Below are positions 6,484 through 13,600 of a stretch of 16,841 bases of DNA, in pieces. The DNA lies in IMG/VR virus record IMGVR_UViG_3300037510_000249; one strand, 5' to 3'. Position 1 is the first letter of the stretch. Each line of letters starts with the position of its first letter. A program made the translations under genes and the position numbers. This DNA is from a virus. Under the pieces are notes generated by a model that did not search any database, was not told the origin of the DNA, and was given only the letters and a program-made list of their open reading frames with translations.

Positions 6484-7511
6484 CAGCGAATGCCCAGCAC
6501 CGACGGGTCGCCGCCCTGCGACTGCACGGCCGCGCGGATGATGCCGATCAGGGCGTCACCCATCCGGGAGCCGTCGGAGCCGAGCCGGATCGTGCCAGCG
6601 TCGCGCGACGCCAGGCCGGACACACGCTCACCGCCCAGCGCCATGATCGGTACCGGCTGGCCGACCAGACCGGGCACGACGCCGCCGGAGTGGAACGTCG
6701 GCAGGCGCGGGACGGAGATGCTGTTACCGCCGATGCCGGGCACCCAGCCGGGAACCGTCCAGCTGAGCCGGCCAATCGTGTTGTTCCACGCCCGGGCGGC
6801 CAGGTTGAACCCAGCACGGAACGGGGCGGTGATGAACCCGGCGATGCGGCCGAACGCGGAGCCCACCCAGCCGGGCACCTGCTTGAGCCAGTCCCAGGCG
6901 GCCTGACCGGCCTGGCGGGCCAGCCGGAACCCCAGCCGGTACGGGGCGGTGATGAACCCAGCGACCTTGCCGAACGCCGTACCGATCCACCCCGGTACCT
7001 GCTTGAGCCAGTCCCAGACGGCCACCGCGGCGCTCTTGATGCCGCCCCACGCCCACTTCCACAGCCGCTGAAACCAGTCGGTCTTGGTGGCGATCAGGAC
7101 GATGACGGCGACCAGGGCGACGATGCCCACGATGATCCACGTGATCGGTGAGCTCAGCATGGCGATCGTGTTGGCCTTGACCGCGCCGGTGAACCCCTTC
7201 ATCGCGGGGATGATGAAGTTCGTCAGGCCGGACGCGAGGTCACCGAACCCGGTGCCCAGCAACAGCAGCGTCTCGAAACCCCAGTCACCGGACGCCGCGC
7301 GCTTGATGCCGGTCGCGCCGTCCTGAATGCCGGTCAGGGTGTCGCGGAACCCCATGGCGCGGGTGTCGGCCGTGTCGCTCTTCTCGGCCGCGTTCTCCCA
7401 GGCGTCCCCGACGTCCTTCTCCATACGCTTCGCGCCGGAGCCGACGTCGCTGTACGCCTTCTGGACGCTGGTCGTGTCGCCGGTAAAGGACAGCTTGACT
7501 TGGTTGGCCAT
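6483..7511 (-). CDS. Tape measure protein, unusually short (342 aa)
   Basis: Position after the chaperone region. Central TM-like stretch ITWIIVGIVALVAVIVLIA. Trp/Phe/Gly-rich tandem repeats. GGTGGAG SD lies before ATG 7511. Confidence 0.75.
   Translation of the reverse strand: MANQVKLSFTGDTTSVQKAYSDVGSGAKRMEKDVGDAWENAAEKSDTADTRAMGFRDTLTGIQDGATGIKRAASGDWGFETLLLLGTGFGDLASGLTNFIIPAMKGFTGAVKANTIAMLSSPITWIIVGIVALVAVIVLIATKTDWFQRLWKWAWGGIKSAAVAVWDWLKQVPGWIGTAFGKVAGFITAPYRLGFRLARQAGQAAWDWLKQVPGWVGSAFGRIAGFITAPFRAGFNLAARAWNNTIGRLSWTVPGWVPGIGGNSISVPRLPTFHSGGVVPGLVGQPVPIMALGGERVSGLASRDAGTIRLGSDGSRMGDALIGIIRAAVQSQGGDPSVLGIR
6783..7022 (-). repeat. Tandem 120-nt (40-aa) repeat inside the tape measure gene
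   Basis: aa 164-203 AVWDWLKQVPGWIGTAFGKVAGFITAPYRLGFRLARQAGQ versus aa 204-243 AAWDWLKQVPGWVGSAFGRIAGFITAPFRAGFNLAARAWN. A degenerate third unit (WTVPGWVPG) follows. The DNA string cctgcttgagccagtcccag recurs 120 nt apart. Confidence 0.85.
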
Positions 7512-7514
7512 GGC

Positions 7515-7928
7515 TCACTCCACCTCGAGTCCGGCGCGGCGGACGACGTCGGCCAGCTGGTCGGCGAGCACCTGGGTTATCTCCTCGTGCTTCTCGGCCA
7601 GGCCGCGATAGATGTAGCGGCCCTCCCGGATGAACGGCCGGCTCACCGACCGGTTCCGGCCCACCTTGCCGCCGAAGTCGAGCCACGGGGCGTGAGGGGC
7701 CTTGCGGCCGCCCATCGAGATCCGGCCCTCGCGTTGCGACGACGCCGACTTGAGCGACCCCCGGGCCCGCCCGGACCTCGACGGCATCCGCGGCCGCGCG
7801 TACCCGATGACGACCTCGCCGGCGGCGTTGAACGCGAGCCGCAGCAGCTTCGGGTTGTCGGCGTCCGCGCGGCGGAGAGCGGCCTGCAGCTCCCGGATAC
7901 CGTCGGTCTGCAGCTTGTGCCTGGCCAC
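7515..7928 (-). CDS. HK97 gp10-like head-tail joining / tail completion protein, 137 aa
   Basis: The pattern G.RELQAAL...AAGEVV..YARPRMPSRSGRARGSL......WLDFGG......RPFI.EGRY fits the HK97 gp10 family as I remember it. GTG 7928 has GGAGG 7 nt upstream. Confidence 0.55.
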   Translation of the reverse strand: MARHKLQTDGIRELQAALRRADADNPKLLRLAFNAAGEVVIGYARPRMPSRSGRARGSLKSASSQREGRISMGGRKAPHAPWLDFGGKVGRNRSVSRPFIREGRYIYRGLAEKHEEITQVLADQLADVVRRAGLEVE

Positions 7929-7932
7929 CGGT

Positions 7933-8443
7933 TCACCTCCCCATCCGCGCCGTCGCGGCCTTCTGCTCGAGCTCCTGGGCCTGCAGCCGTACCCGGTGGT
8001 AACGCTGCCAGACGATGAACTCCGCCTGCGGCATCCGCTCGCGGAGCTCTCCGAGCGTCATGCCGAGACGGTCCGCGAGGTACAGCTCGTCAGCGAGGCC
8101 GTCGACGTTGTCCAGCAGCGCTTTTGGTTACCTCCTTGGCGGCGGCCTTGCCGACTTTGTTGAGCCGCTGCACGGCCTCCGCGATGCGCTGGAAATCGTC
8201 GCTGTCGGCCTGTTCGGCCCAGCCGGCGACGTCCTCGAGCGACAGGGCCGGCTCGACCAGGGCGTAGTGCACGGCCAGGTTCTCGGCCTCGCCCGGATCG
8301 TCGGTGAGGTCGACGCGCCGGGCCTCGCCGCGGGTCAGGCCGCGCACGACGACCTCGGCCCCATCGGCCAGGGCGACGCGCTCGACGTCGCCGTGCACCC
8401 GACGCGCCAGGATCTCGTCTCTGCTCAGTACCGCCACGGTCAT
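7933..8443 (-). CDS. Tail assembly chaperone, long (GT-like) form via a putative +1 frameshift at 8125-8122
   Basis: The +1 frame is open only from 8127 (TAA at 8130-8128) to TGA 7935-7933. It encodes ALLDNVDGLADELYLADRLGMTLGELRERMPQAEFIVWQRYHRVRLQAQELEQKAATARMGR with about 90% GC3. No canonical start precedes the coding signal. Confidence 0.5.
8090..8443 (-). CDS. Tail assembly chaperone, short (G-like) form, 117 aa
   Basis: Position between the major tail protein and the tape measure. Acidic protein with LVEPALSLEDVAGWAEQADSDDFQRIAEAV. GC3 collapses in this frame after the A4 run at 8125-8122. The SD AGGAG abuts ATG 8443, so GTG 8437 may be the true start. Confidence 0.6.
   Translation of the reverse strand: MTVAVLSRDEILARRVHGDVERVALADGAEVVVRGLTRGEARRVDLTDDPGEAENLAVHYALVEPALSLEDVAGWAEQADSDDFQRIAEAVQRLNKVGKAAAKEVTKSAAGQRRRPR
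8122..8137 (-). promoter_or_regulatory. Candidate recoding signal: SD-like AAGGAGGT followed by AACC-AAA-A
   Basis: The minus strand reads AAGGAGGTAACCAAAAGCG. tRNA-Lys can re-pair from AAA (8125-8123) to AAA (8124-8122). Confidence 0.45.
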
Positions 8444-8468
8444 CTCCTGCGAGTGAGTAGGGATTGGC

Positions 8469-8870
8469 TCAGGCCTGGGTGGTCTTCACGACGTCGCCGT
8501 CGACGGTGAAGTCACACGTCCACTGCACGATGTCGTCGTTCTTGCCGCTCTCCACGTACTTGCCGACGACGACGTCGAACGTGTACGTCGGCAGGCCGGT
8601 CCCGGTGCCCTGGGGCTTGCGGACCATCTCGACCGTCTCGCCGGCGATCGTCTCGAGGTAGCCGGGCCCGGTGGTGAGGTCGCTGTCGTACCAGCCGCCC
8701 ATGGTGAACGACCGGCCGACCTGGCCACCGCGGTAGCGCTTGCTGTCGCGGCCGCCACCGGTGATGTCGTGGATGTCGGGGTTGACCTCCCAGTTGGAGG
8801 TCTTCTTGAACTCCGTCAGGTCCTTCGCATCGACGGTGATGATCTCTTCTTTGCCGTGCAGCGCGGTCAT
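8469..8870 (-). CDS. Major tail (tube) protein, 133 aa
   Basis: Small TP901-1/GTA-like tail-tube pattern (DITGGG...GRSFTMGGWYD...YTFDVVVGKYVESG...VQWTCDFTVDGDV). Lies just upstream of the chaperone. GGGAGG SD. Confidence 0.65.
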   Translation of the reverse strand: MTALHGKEEIITVDAKDLTEFKKTSNWEVNPDIHDITGGGRDSKRYRGGQVGRSFTMGGWYDSDLTTGPGYLETIAGETVEMVRKPQGTGTGLPTYTFDVVVGKYVESGKNDDIVQWTCDFTVDGDVVKTTQA

Positions 8871-8872
8871 GG

Positions 8873-9268
8873 TCAGGGCCTCCCGGTGATGTCGAGGGTG
8901 AACACGTAGCCGAGCAGCGGGTGCCCGGAGACGTTGTCGACGGCCGGTGCAGCAGACCGGACGTACAGGGTGTCGCAGGCCGCCCAGCTGTGCGCCTCGA
9001 GCGCCGCGGGGATGGACTTCGCGCCGGACGTCGAGGCGTACTCGAGCGCCGTGGAGAACACGCCCCGCTCGGTCGGCTGGCCGAAGTACACCGCGATCTC
9101 GAGCGCCAGGGCGTCGAGGCCGTTGCCGTGCGCGCCGTACGTGACCTCGGGCAGCTCGGCGTACGGGGCCGGCGGGGTGATGCGGACCGTGCCGGCCCCG
9201 GGGGCGGTGAGCCCCGGCACGCCGGCCAGCACGTCGAAGACCTCGTCGAGCAGGTCGGAGAGGTTCAC
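8873..9268 (-). CDS. Head-tail joining protein (tail terminator / stopper-like), 131 aa
   Basis: Position between the adaptor and the major tail protein. GTGA overlap with the upstream gene. No motif I can name with certainty. Confidence 0.45.
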   Translation of the reverse strand: MNLSDLLDEVFDVLAGVPGLTAPGAGTVRITPPAPYAELPEVTYGAHGNGLDALALEIAVYFGQPTERGVFSTALEYASTSGAKSIPAALEAHSWAACDTLYVRSAAPAVDNVSGHPLLGYVFTLDITGRP

Positions 9269-9861
9269 CGCGGCCGCCTCGCGCGCACGAGCCGCGGCGA
9301 TCGCAGCATGGCCCGCACGTCCGGGTCCATCCGCGCCGACAGGCGCAGCTCGGTGCCCTCAGTCGGTTGCCCGGTGGTGCCGTACGGGGACTCGCGGCGC
9401 ACGTGCCACCGCGAGCCCTGCAGCCGGGCCGCGGCGACGACCTGGGCCGGGAACGCCGCCCAGCCGAACGGGGACGTAGCGACGACGTCCCCGTACGGCC
9501 GGTCGGCCAGCGAGACGTGCGTGTAGACGCCGCCCTTGGCGAGCACGTTGCGCGGCCACAGCTGATAGCCGGCGGTGCCCTCGTCGACCGTGGTCCCGTC
9601 GACGGTCAACGCGAACCCGGCGGCCGTGTAGACGTCGTCGATGGCCAGCAGCCAGCGCGCGGTGCGCGGGTCCTGGACGGCGTCGACGGCGTCGTACGTG
9701 AAGTCGCCCGGGGCGTCGAGCTTGCCGAACTGGCGGTGGCACAGGTCGTCGATGGCGCGTGAGGCAGCTGTGGCCAGGCTGGCCACGTACGGATCATCGC
9801 TCGCGGTGCGTACGAACGCCGCGAGGTCCGACCCGTCGATGTAGTCCGGTTCCCAGCTCAC
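9265..9861 (-). CDS. Head-to-tail adaptor (gp6-like connector), 198 aa
   Basis: The N-terminus DYIDGSDLAAFVR....DDPYVASLATAASRAIDDLCHRQF and the C-terminal MDPDVRAMLRSPR are typical of adaptor proteins. GTG 9861 has GAGG 5 nt upstream. Confidence 0.6.
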   Translation of the reverse strand: MSWEPDYIDGSDLAAFVRTASDDPYVASLATAASRAIDDLCHRQFGKLDAPGDFTYDAVDAVQDPRTARWLLAIDDVYTAAGFALTVDGTTVDEGTAGYQLWPRNVLAKGGVYTHVSLADRPYGDVVATSPFGWAAFPAQVVAAARLQGSRWHVRRESPYGTTGQPTEGTELRLSARMDPDVRAMLRSPRLVRARRPR

Positions 9862-9896
9862 AGCTGCCTCACTCCCCTGCCCCCCCGGTCAGGTCT

Positions 9897-10286
9897 TCAG
9901 TCGCGCGGGTCGGTCGTGACGTCGCCGTCGCCGGAGCCGATGCGGCCCAGCTCGTCGCGTACGGGCGTCCGGTCGGCCAGGGGGCCGTCGCCCTCGAGCC
10001 GCTCGAGCCGGCGCGTCTCGTCCTGGTCGCGCTTCTTGGCCTCCGGGCTCAGCGGCTCGATGCCCTCGCGGGACGCCGTCAGGGTCTCCCCGGTGAACGG
10101 GGAGACGGTGACGCCGTTCTGTGCGAGGTCGGCCGCCTCGCCGGCGGAGAGGTAGTCGGGCCGCCGCGGCACGGGCCGGCTGGCGGCCGTCGCGGTGCTG
10201 CCGGCGTCCTGGGCCGCCTCGAGCTCGGCCACCCGGTCGCGGAGCTGGGCGTTCTCCTGCTCGAGCTCGTCCTTCGTCGGTGCCAT
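9897..10286 (-). CDS. Hypothetical head-module protein, 129 aa, with an N-terminal coiled coil
   Basis: MAPTKDELEQENAQLRDRVAELEAAQ... GAGGGA SD lies 5 nt before ATG 10286. The gene sits between the capsid gene and the adaptor. Confidence 0.6.
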   Translation of the reverse strand: MAPTKDELEQENAQLRDRVAELEAAQDAGSTATAASRPVPRRPDYLSAGEAADLAQNGVTVSPFTGETLTASREGIEPLSPEAKKRDQDETRRLERLEGDGPLADRTPVRDELGRIGSGDGDVTTDPRD

Positions 10287-10366
10287 TGATGTCCCTCGAT
10301 TCTGCGCGTGCGGTGCGAATAGACGTAGGCGAATACCCGCACCTCACGGGCGGGTGCAAGATCGGG

Positions 10367-11749
10367 TCAGGCGACCGGGTCCCACGAGATGGTACGAACG
10401 CCGTTGGTGTCCGAGACGGCCGTGGCCATGTAGCCCCAGATCCCGAGGTAGATGTTCGCCACCTCCGTCTCGAAGGTGAGCCGCTGCGGAGCGGACGCCC
10501 ACAGGTGGACGCTGTCGCGCTCGAGCATGTAGCTCTTCGCCGCGGCGGTCTGGCCGGCGGCCGCCAGGGCCCACTCAGGCCAGAACGGCATGCCGGCGAC
10601 GTCGATGTAGCCGAACCGCGAGCCTGCCTGCCCGTTGGCGTTCGCCGGGCCGATCATCGGGTACAGCGGGCGGCCCTGGTCGTCCTTCGCCGCGGCGAGC
10701 GCCTTGTAGAGATCGGCCTGGGTGAAGGTGTCGGTGAACCGGAAACCGCCCCGCACGAACTGCAGGTCGGTCATGCCGGCCTCGATCTCGCCGGAGAGCG
10801 TCTGCCCGGTGTCGGCGTTGCCGGCCGTCAGGGTGGCCAGCGCGGTGAACGAGCCAGCGTTGAGCTCCGCGACGACCGCGGCCTCACGGGCTTCGTAGTG
10901 GCCCTTCACCATCTGGTTCCAGATCAGGGTGGACACCTGGGGGTTGCCGCCCTGGTCCCACACCTCGCGGTGGATCTTGGCCTTGCCGCTGTAGCCGGTC
11001 GGCGTCACCGTCTGCTTGGTCACGACGAACGTGCCGGAGCTCGGCTCGGTGCCCTCGGTGTGCGCGGCGACCAGGCCGGACGCGCTCGAGAACTTCGGGA
11101 ACATGAACGGGGTGATGTCCGTCAGCGGGCCCTTGTACGTGGCCTCGCTGAGCGGGTACCGGTAGGCGCGCTGGTCGACGTACATCTCCGGGCGGTTGCG
11201 CGTCGGGTTGAGCTCGTCGACGTCGGTGGTGGCCACGTCGAACTGGCGCTGTGCCCAGGACAGGGCCCGGTCGTGCGCCGCGGCGTCGCCGGCGGAGAAC
11301 CAGGCGTAGAGGTCCTGGGAGAAGTCGTGCGTGCCGCGCAGCAGGATCTCACCGCCGCGGCGGTCGAAGATCCGCCGGTACGGCTCCGGCTCGTTGACCC
11401 GGACGGTGCCGGTGAACGTCTGGCCACCGGTGGCCGGCGCGCCGGGCAGCGGCAGGGCGGTCGGGTTGACCGGCTGGGCGACCGGTGGGGCGGCGGCGAT
11501 CTGGCCGTTCGCCTGCATCTGGCCGACCAGGGCGTTGAATGCCGCGTTCAGGGCGTCGGCGCTCACCGGGGCCGGGGGCTGCGGCGACGGCTGGGGCTGC
11601 GGCTGCGGGGCCGGCTGGCCCGGGGTCGGCTGGGCGTACGTTCCCGCGGGCAGGGCCGCGGGCTGGGCGGGCGGGGCCGGGTACAGCTGTGCGGCCACCG
11701 CGCACGACATGCCCTGCGGGTGCGGGCGCTGGCAGTGCTGGCAGTTCAT
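10367..11749 (-). CDS. Putative internally initiated major capsid protein (460 aa), nested in frame in the fusion ORF
   Basis: ATG 11749-11747 (Met606) is preceded by cAGGAGGAacg. The product starts MNCQHCQRPHPQGMSCAVAAQLYPAPPAQ... Confidence 0.55.
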   Translation of the reverse strand: MNCQHCQRPHPQGMSCAVAAQLYPAPPAQPAALPAGTYAQPTPGQPAPQPQPQPSPQPPAPVSADALNAAFNALVGQMQANGQIAAAPPVAQPVNPTALPLPGAPATGGQTFTGTVRVNEPEPYRRIFDRRGGEILLRGTHDFSQDLYAWFSAGDAAAHDRALSWAQRQFDVATTDVDELNPTRNRPEMYVDQRAYRYPLSEATYKGPLTDITPFMFPKFSSASGLVAAHTEGTEPSSGTFVVTKQTVTPTGYSGKAKIHREVWDQGGNPQVSTLIWNQMVKGHYEAREAAVVAELNAGSFTALATLTAGNADTGQTLSGEIEAGMTDLQFVRGGFRFTDTFTQADLYKALAAAKDDQGRPLYPMIGPANANGQAGSRFGYIDVAGMPFWPEWALAAAGQTAAAKSYMLERDSVHLWASAPQRLTFETEVANIYLGIWGYMATAVSDTNGVRTISWDPVA

Positions 11750-13564
11750 CGTTCCTCCTGTCAGGCTCGCGGCCACCTTGGTCACGCGGGCATCGTCGAA
11801 TGCGGGCATCGGAGTGGCGGACGTTTCGCGCCACGTGGCCCGGAGCACGTCGTAGACCTGCTCCCGGTCGTTCCACTCGACGTCCCCGTCGGCAGGGTCG
11901 AGGGAGAAGTCGACGCCGACGGACAGGCCGTCGTACAGCCCGTGCTCGGCGTCGTAGAGCAGCTGATCCCGCTCGGCCTTGATCGGGGAGCCCTCCGGGC
12001 CGTCGAGCACGTGCAGCTGCACGACCGGGCCCGCCTTGCCGTCGGTGACGCCGGTGTGCACACCCACCGGGGTGCCGTGGTCCTTGAGCACCTTGAGCCG
12101 GCTGAGGTTGTTCGGGTCGTACTCGAGCGACCCAGCGCGGAACCGGAACCCCACGCCGAACTTGCGCGCCACCGCCCCATACGGCAGGGCCAGGCCGGTG
12201 ATGGTGCGCTGGGCGACGTCGACGGTGGGAGCGGCCGCCTGGGCGTCGAACTCCCGGACCGCGAACGTCAGGGCCGGGCCTCCGTCGAAACGGCCGGCCA
12301 GCTGGGGCAGCGGCGCGCCGACGGTGGCCGTGACCCGGATCGGGGGCCGGCTGTTCTGGCCCGGGTCGCCGCCGGCGGGCAGCGCCGCCGGCGCGGCCGC
12401 GGGACGGCCGTCGAGCGGCACGCCGGCCTGGTCAGCGATCCAATCGGACGTGGCTGCGCCCATGTCGAAGAGTCCCCTCCAGTACGTGACCAGGGTGGCC
12501 GGGTCGGGCTTGAGGTAGTCGGTGAGGTCCCAGCGCACGCGCTGTCCGCGCGGGGTGATGTCCTGCATCGACAGGCGGTCGGTGACCGCGGCGAGGTAGC
12601 CGGCGTACGTCTCGTTGATCTTCGTGAGCCGCCGGTCGGTGGCGTTGAAGTACGTGCGCGACGTCGTCGAGACGCCGACGTCCTCCGGGTCGACGCCCAT
12701 GAACAGCGCGAGCTCGAGCGCCGCCTGACGCTGCAGCTCGACCAGTTGCAGCTCTGCCGGCGACGGGGCGGAGACGTCGAGCCGCTTGACCTCGCCGGGG
12801 ATGTACGCCGGGCCGCCGCGCTTGCGGGCCGCCCGGTACGACGCCAGGAACTCGACGACCTGGTCGTCGTCGTACGGGGTGATCGTCTGGTCGTCGGAGT
12901 CGGTGAACGTCTCGAGCGGCCGCGGGTTGTCGGCGTACATGGCGGCCAGGGCGTCGAGCAGCAGGGCCTTCCGGATGGCGCGCTGTCCGGTCTGCAGCAT
13001 CGCCCGGTTCGGGGAGTCGAACCGGATCAGCAGCGACGCCGCGACCGGCTCACCGTCGACGTACAGCACGCCGCCGCGCGGGTCGATGCCCGACGGCAGG
13101 GGGGCCGGTGTGCGGCCCTGGGGCGGGTTGACGGACACGACGCCGGGGGCGAGCCGGCGCGCGGACAGGGGGAAGCCCCTCGAGTCGACCGCGGTCTTGA
13201 TCCACCACGAGATGCCGTCGCAGAGCAGGTCCTCGAAGGTCTGCGCCAGCATCACCGACCGGGGCACGTCCGGGTCGGGTTGGTCGAGGAACGGGCGGGC
13301 GATGATCTCGCGGCCGCGGTAGTTCGTGAGCGGCAGGGTGGCCAGGCTGCAGATGCCGTCGCGGCCGCGCTTGACCGCGGCGATCGACAGGGCGTCGTCA
13401 CGGCCGAACGGGCCCGTCAGGACGTCGCTGCGGCCCAGCAGCCCCCGTACCAGGGCGTCGATCGGGCCGGACTCGAATCGGTGCTGTGCGGCCAGCTGGG
13501 CGGGCGACGGGGCGATGCCGAGCATCGAGCCGACCTGCAGCCGTAGAGCTCTCCACCATCCCAT
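10367..13564 (-). CDS. Portal - prohead protease - major capsid protein in a single 1065-codon ORF
   Basis: Uninterrupted frame, with three recognisable parts listed as separate features below. Confidence 0.8.
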   Translation of the reverse strand: MGWWRALRLQVGSMLGIAPSPAQLAAQHRFESGPIDALVRGLLGRSDVLTGPFGRDDALSIAAVKRGRDGICSLATLPLTNYRGREIIARPFLDQPDPDVPRSVMLAQTFEDLLCDGISWWIKTAVDSRGFPLSARRLAPGVVSVNPPQGRTPAPLPSGIDPRGGVLYVDGEPVAASLLIRFDSPNRAMLQTGQRAIRKALLLDALAAMYADNPRPLETFTDSDDQTITPYDDDQVVEFLASYRAARKRGGPAYIPGEVKRLDVSAPSPAELQLVELQRQAALELALFMGVDPEDVGVSTTSRTYFNATDRRLTKINETYAGYLAAVTDRLSMQDITPRGQRVRWDLTDYLKPDPATLVTYWRGLFDMGAATSDWIADQAGVPLDGRPAAAPAALPAGGDPGQNSRPPIRVTATVGAPLPQLAGRFDGGPALTFAVREFDAQAAAPTVDVAQRTITGLALPYGAVARKFGVGFRFRAGSLEYDPNNLSRLKVLKDHGTPVGVHTGVTDGKAGPVVQLHVLDGPEGSPIKAERDQLLYDAEHGLYDGLSVGVDFSLDPADGDVEWNDREQVYDVLRATWRETSATPMPAFDDARVTKVAASLTGGTMNCQHCQRPHPQGMSCAVAAQLYPAPPAQPAALPAGTYAQPTPGQPAPQPQPQPSPQPPAPVSADALNAAFNALVGQMQANGQIAAAPPVAQPVNPTALPLPGAPATGGQTFTGTVRVNEPEPYRRIFDRRGGEILLRGTHDFSQDLYAWFSAGDAAAHDRALSWAQRQFDVATTDVDELNPTRNRPEMYVDQRAYRYPLSEATYKGPLTDITPFMFPKFSSASGLVAAHTEGTEPSSGTFVVTKQTVTPTGYSGKAKIHREVWDQGGNPQVSTLIWNQMVKGHYEAREAAVVAELNAGSFTALATLTAGNADTGQTLSGEIEAGMTDLQFVRGGFRFTDTFTQADLYKALAAAKDDQGRPLYPMIGPANANGQAGSRFGYIDVAGMPFWPEWALAAAGQTAAAKSYMLERDSVHLWASAPQRLTFETEVANIYLGIWGYMATAVSDTNGVRTISWDPVA
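10370..11392 (-). other. HK97-fold major capsid core (about aa 725-1065)
   Basis: Typical length and position. It is preceded by a Pro/Gln/Ala linker (aa 625-715) and a helical segment VSADALNAAFNALVGQMQANG that resembles a delta/scaffold domain. Confidence 0.65.
11750..11759 (-). promoter_or_regulatory. Internal Shine-Dalgarno AGGAGGA inside coding sequence (codons LTGGT)
   Basis: The plus strand has gttcctcctg at 11751-11760. The minus strand reads CAGGAGGAACG-ATG, with 4 nt between GGAGG and ATG. Confidence 0.6.
11765..12292 (-). other. HK97-type (S78) prohead protease-like region (about aa 425-600)
   Basis: TITGLALPYGAVA, LKVLKDHGTPVGVH (His motif) and DGLSVGVDF (Ser motif). Confidence 0.65.
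12365..13564 (-). other. Portal-like region (about aa 1-400) of the fusion ORF
   Basis: ALSIAAVKRGRDGICSLATLPL...PFLDQPDPDVPRSVMLAQTFEDLLCDGISWWIK...RRLAPGVVSVN follows the HK97-family portal pattern. Confidence 0.7.
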
Positions 13565-13600
13565 GATCGGGAGTGTACGTCTGCCCTGGTGACAACGGTG

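Noticed and set aside
4747-6906. 719-aa plus-strand ORF
   Set aside because: It is antisense to the 701-aa tail protein and the tape measure. It has the same Arg/Gly/Asp/Val low-complexity shadow composition, no SD and no motif.
8090-8130. A conventional -1 frameshift for the tail chaperone
   Set aside because: The -1 frame after the A run gives NQKRCWTTSTASLTSCTSRTVSA-stop with poor composition. There is no X-XXY-YYZ heptamer. Only the +1 frame carries the coding signal.
10121-13546. 1141-aa plus-strand ORF, the longest in the track
   Set aside because: It is exactly antisense to the portal-protease-capsid ORF. Its translation is Arg/Gly/Ala/Pro-rich low complexity (RRRRGSRAAAARAG...). This is a typical stop-poor shadow frame of high-GC DNA.
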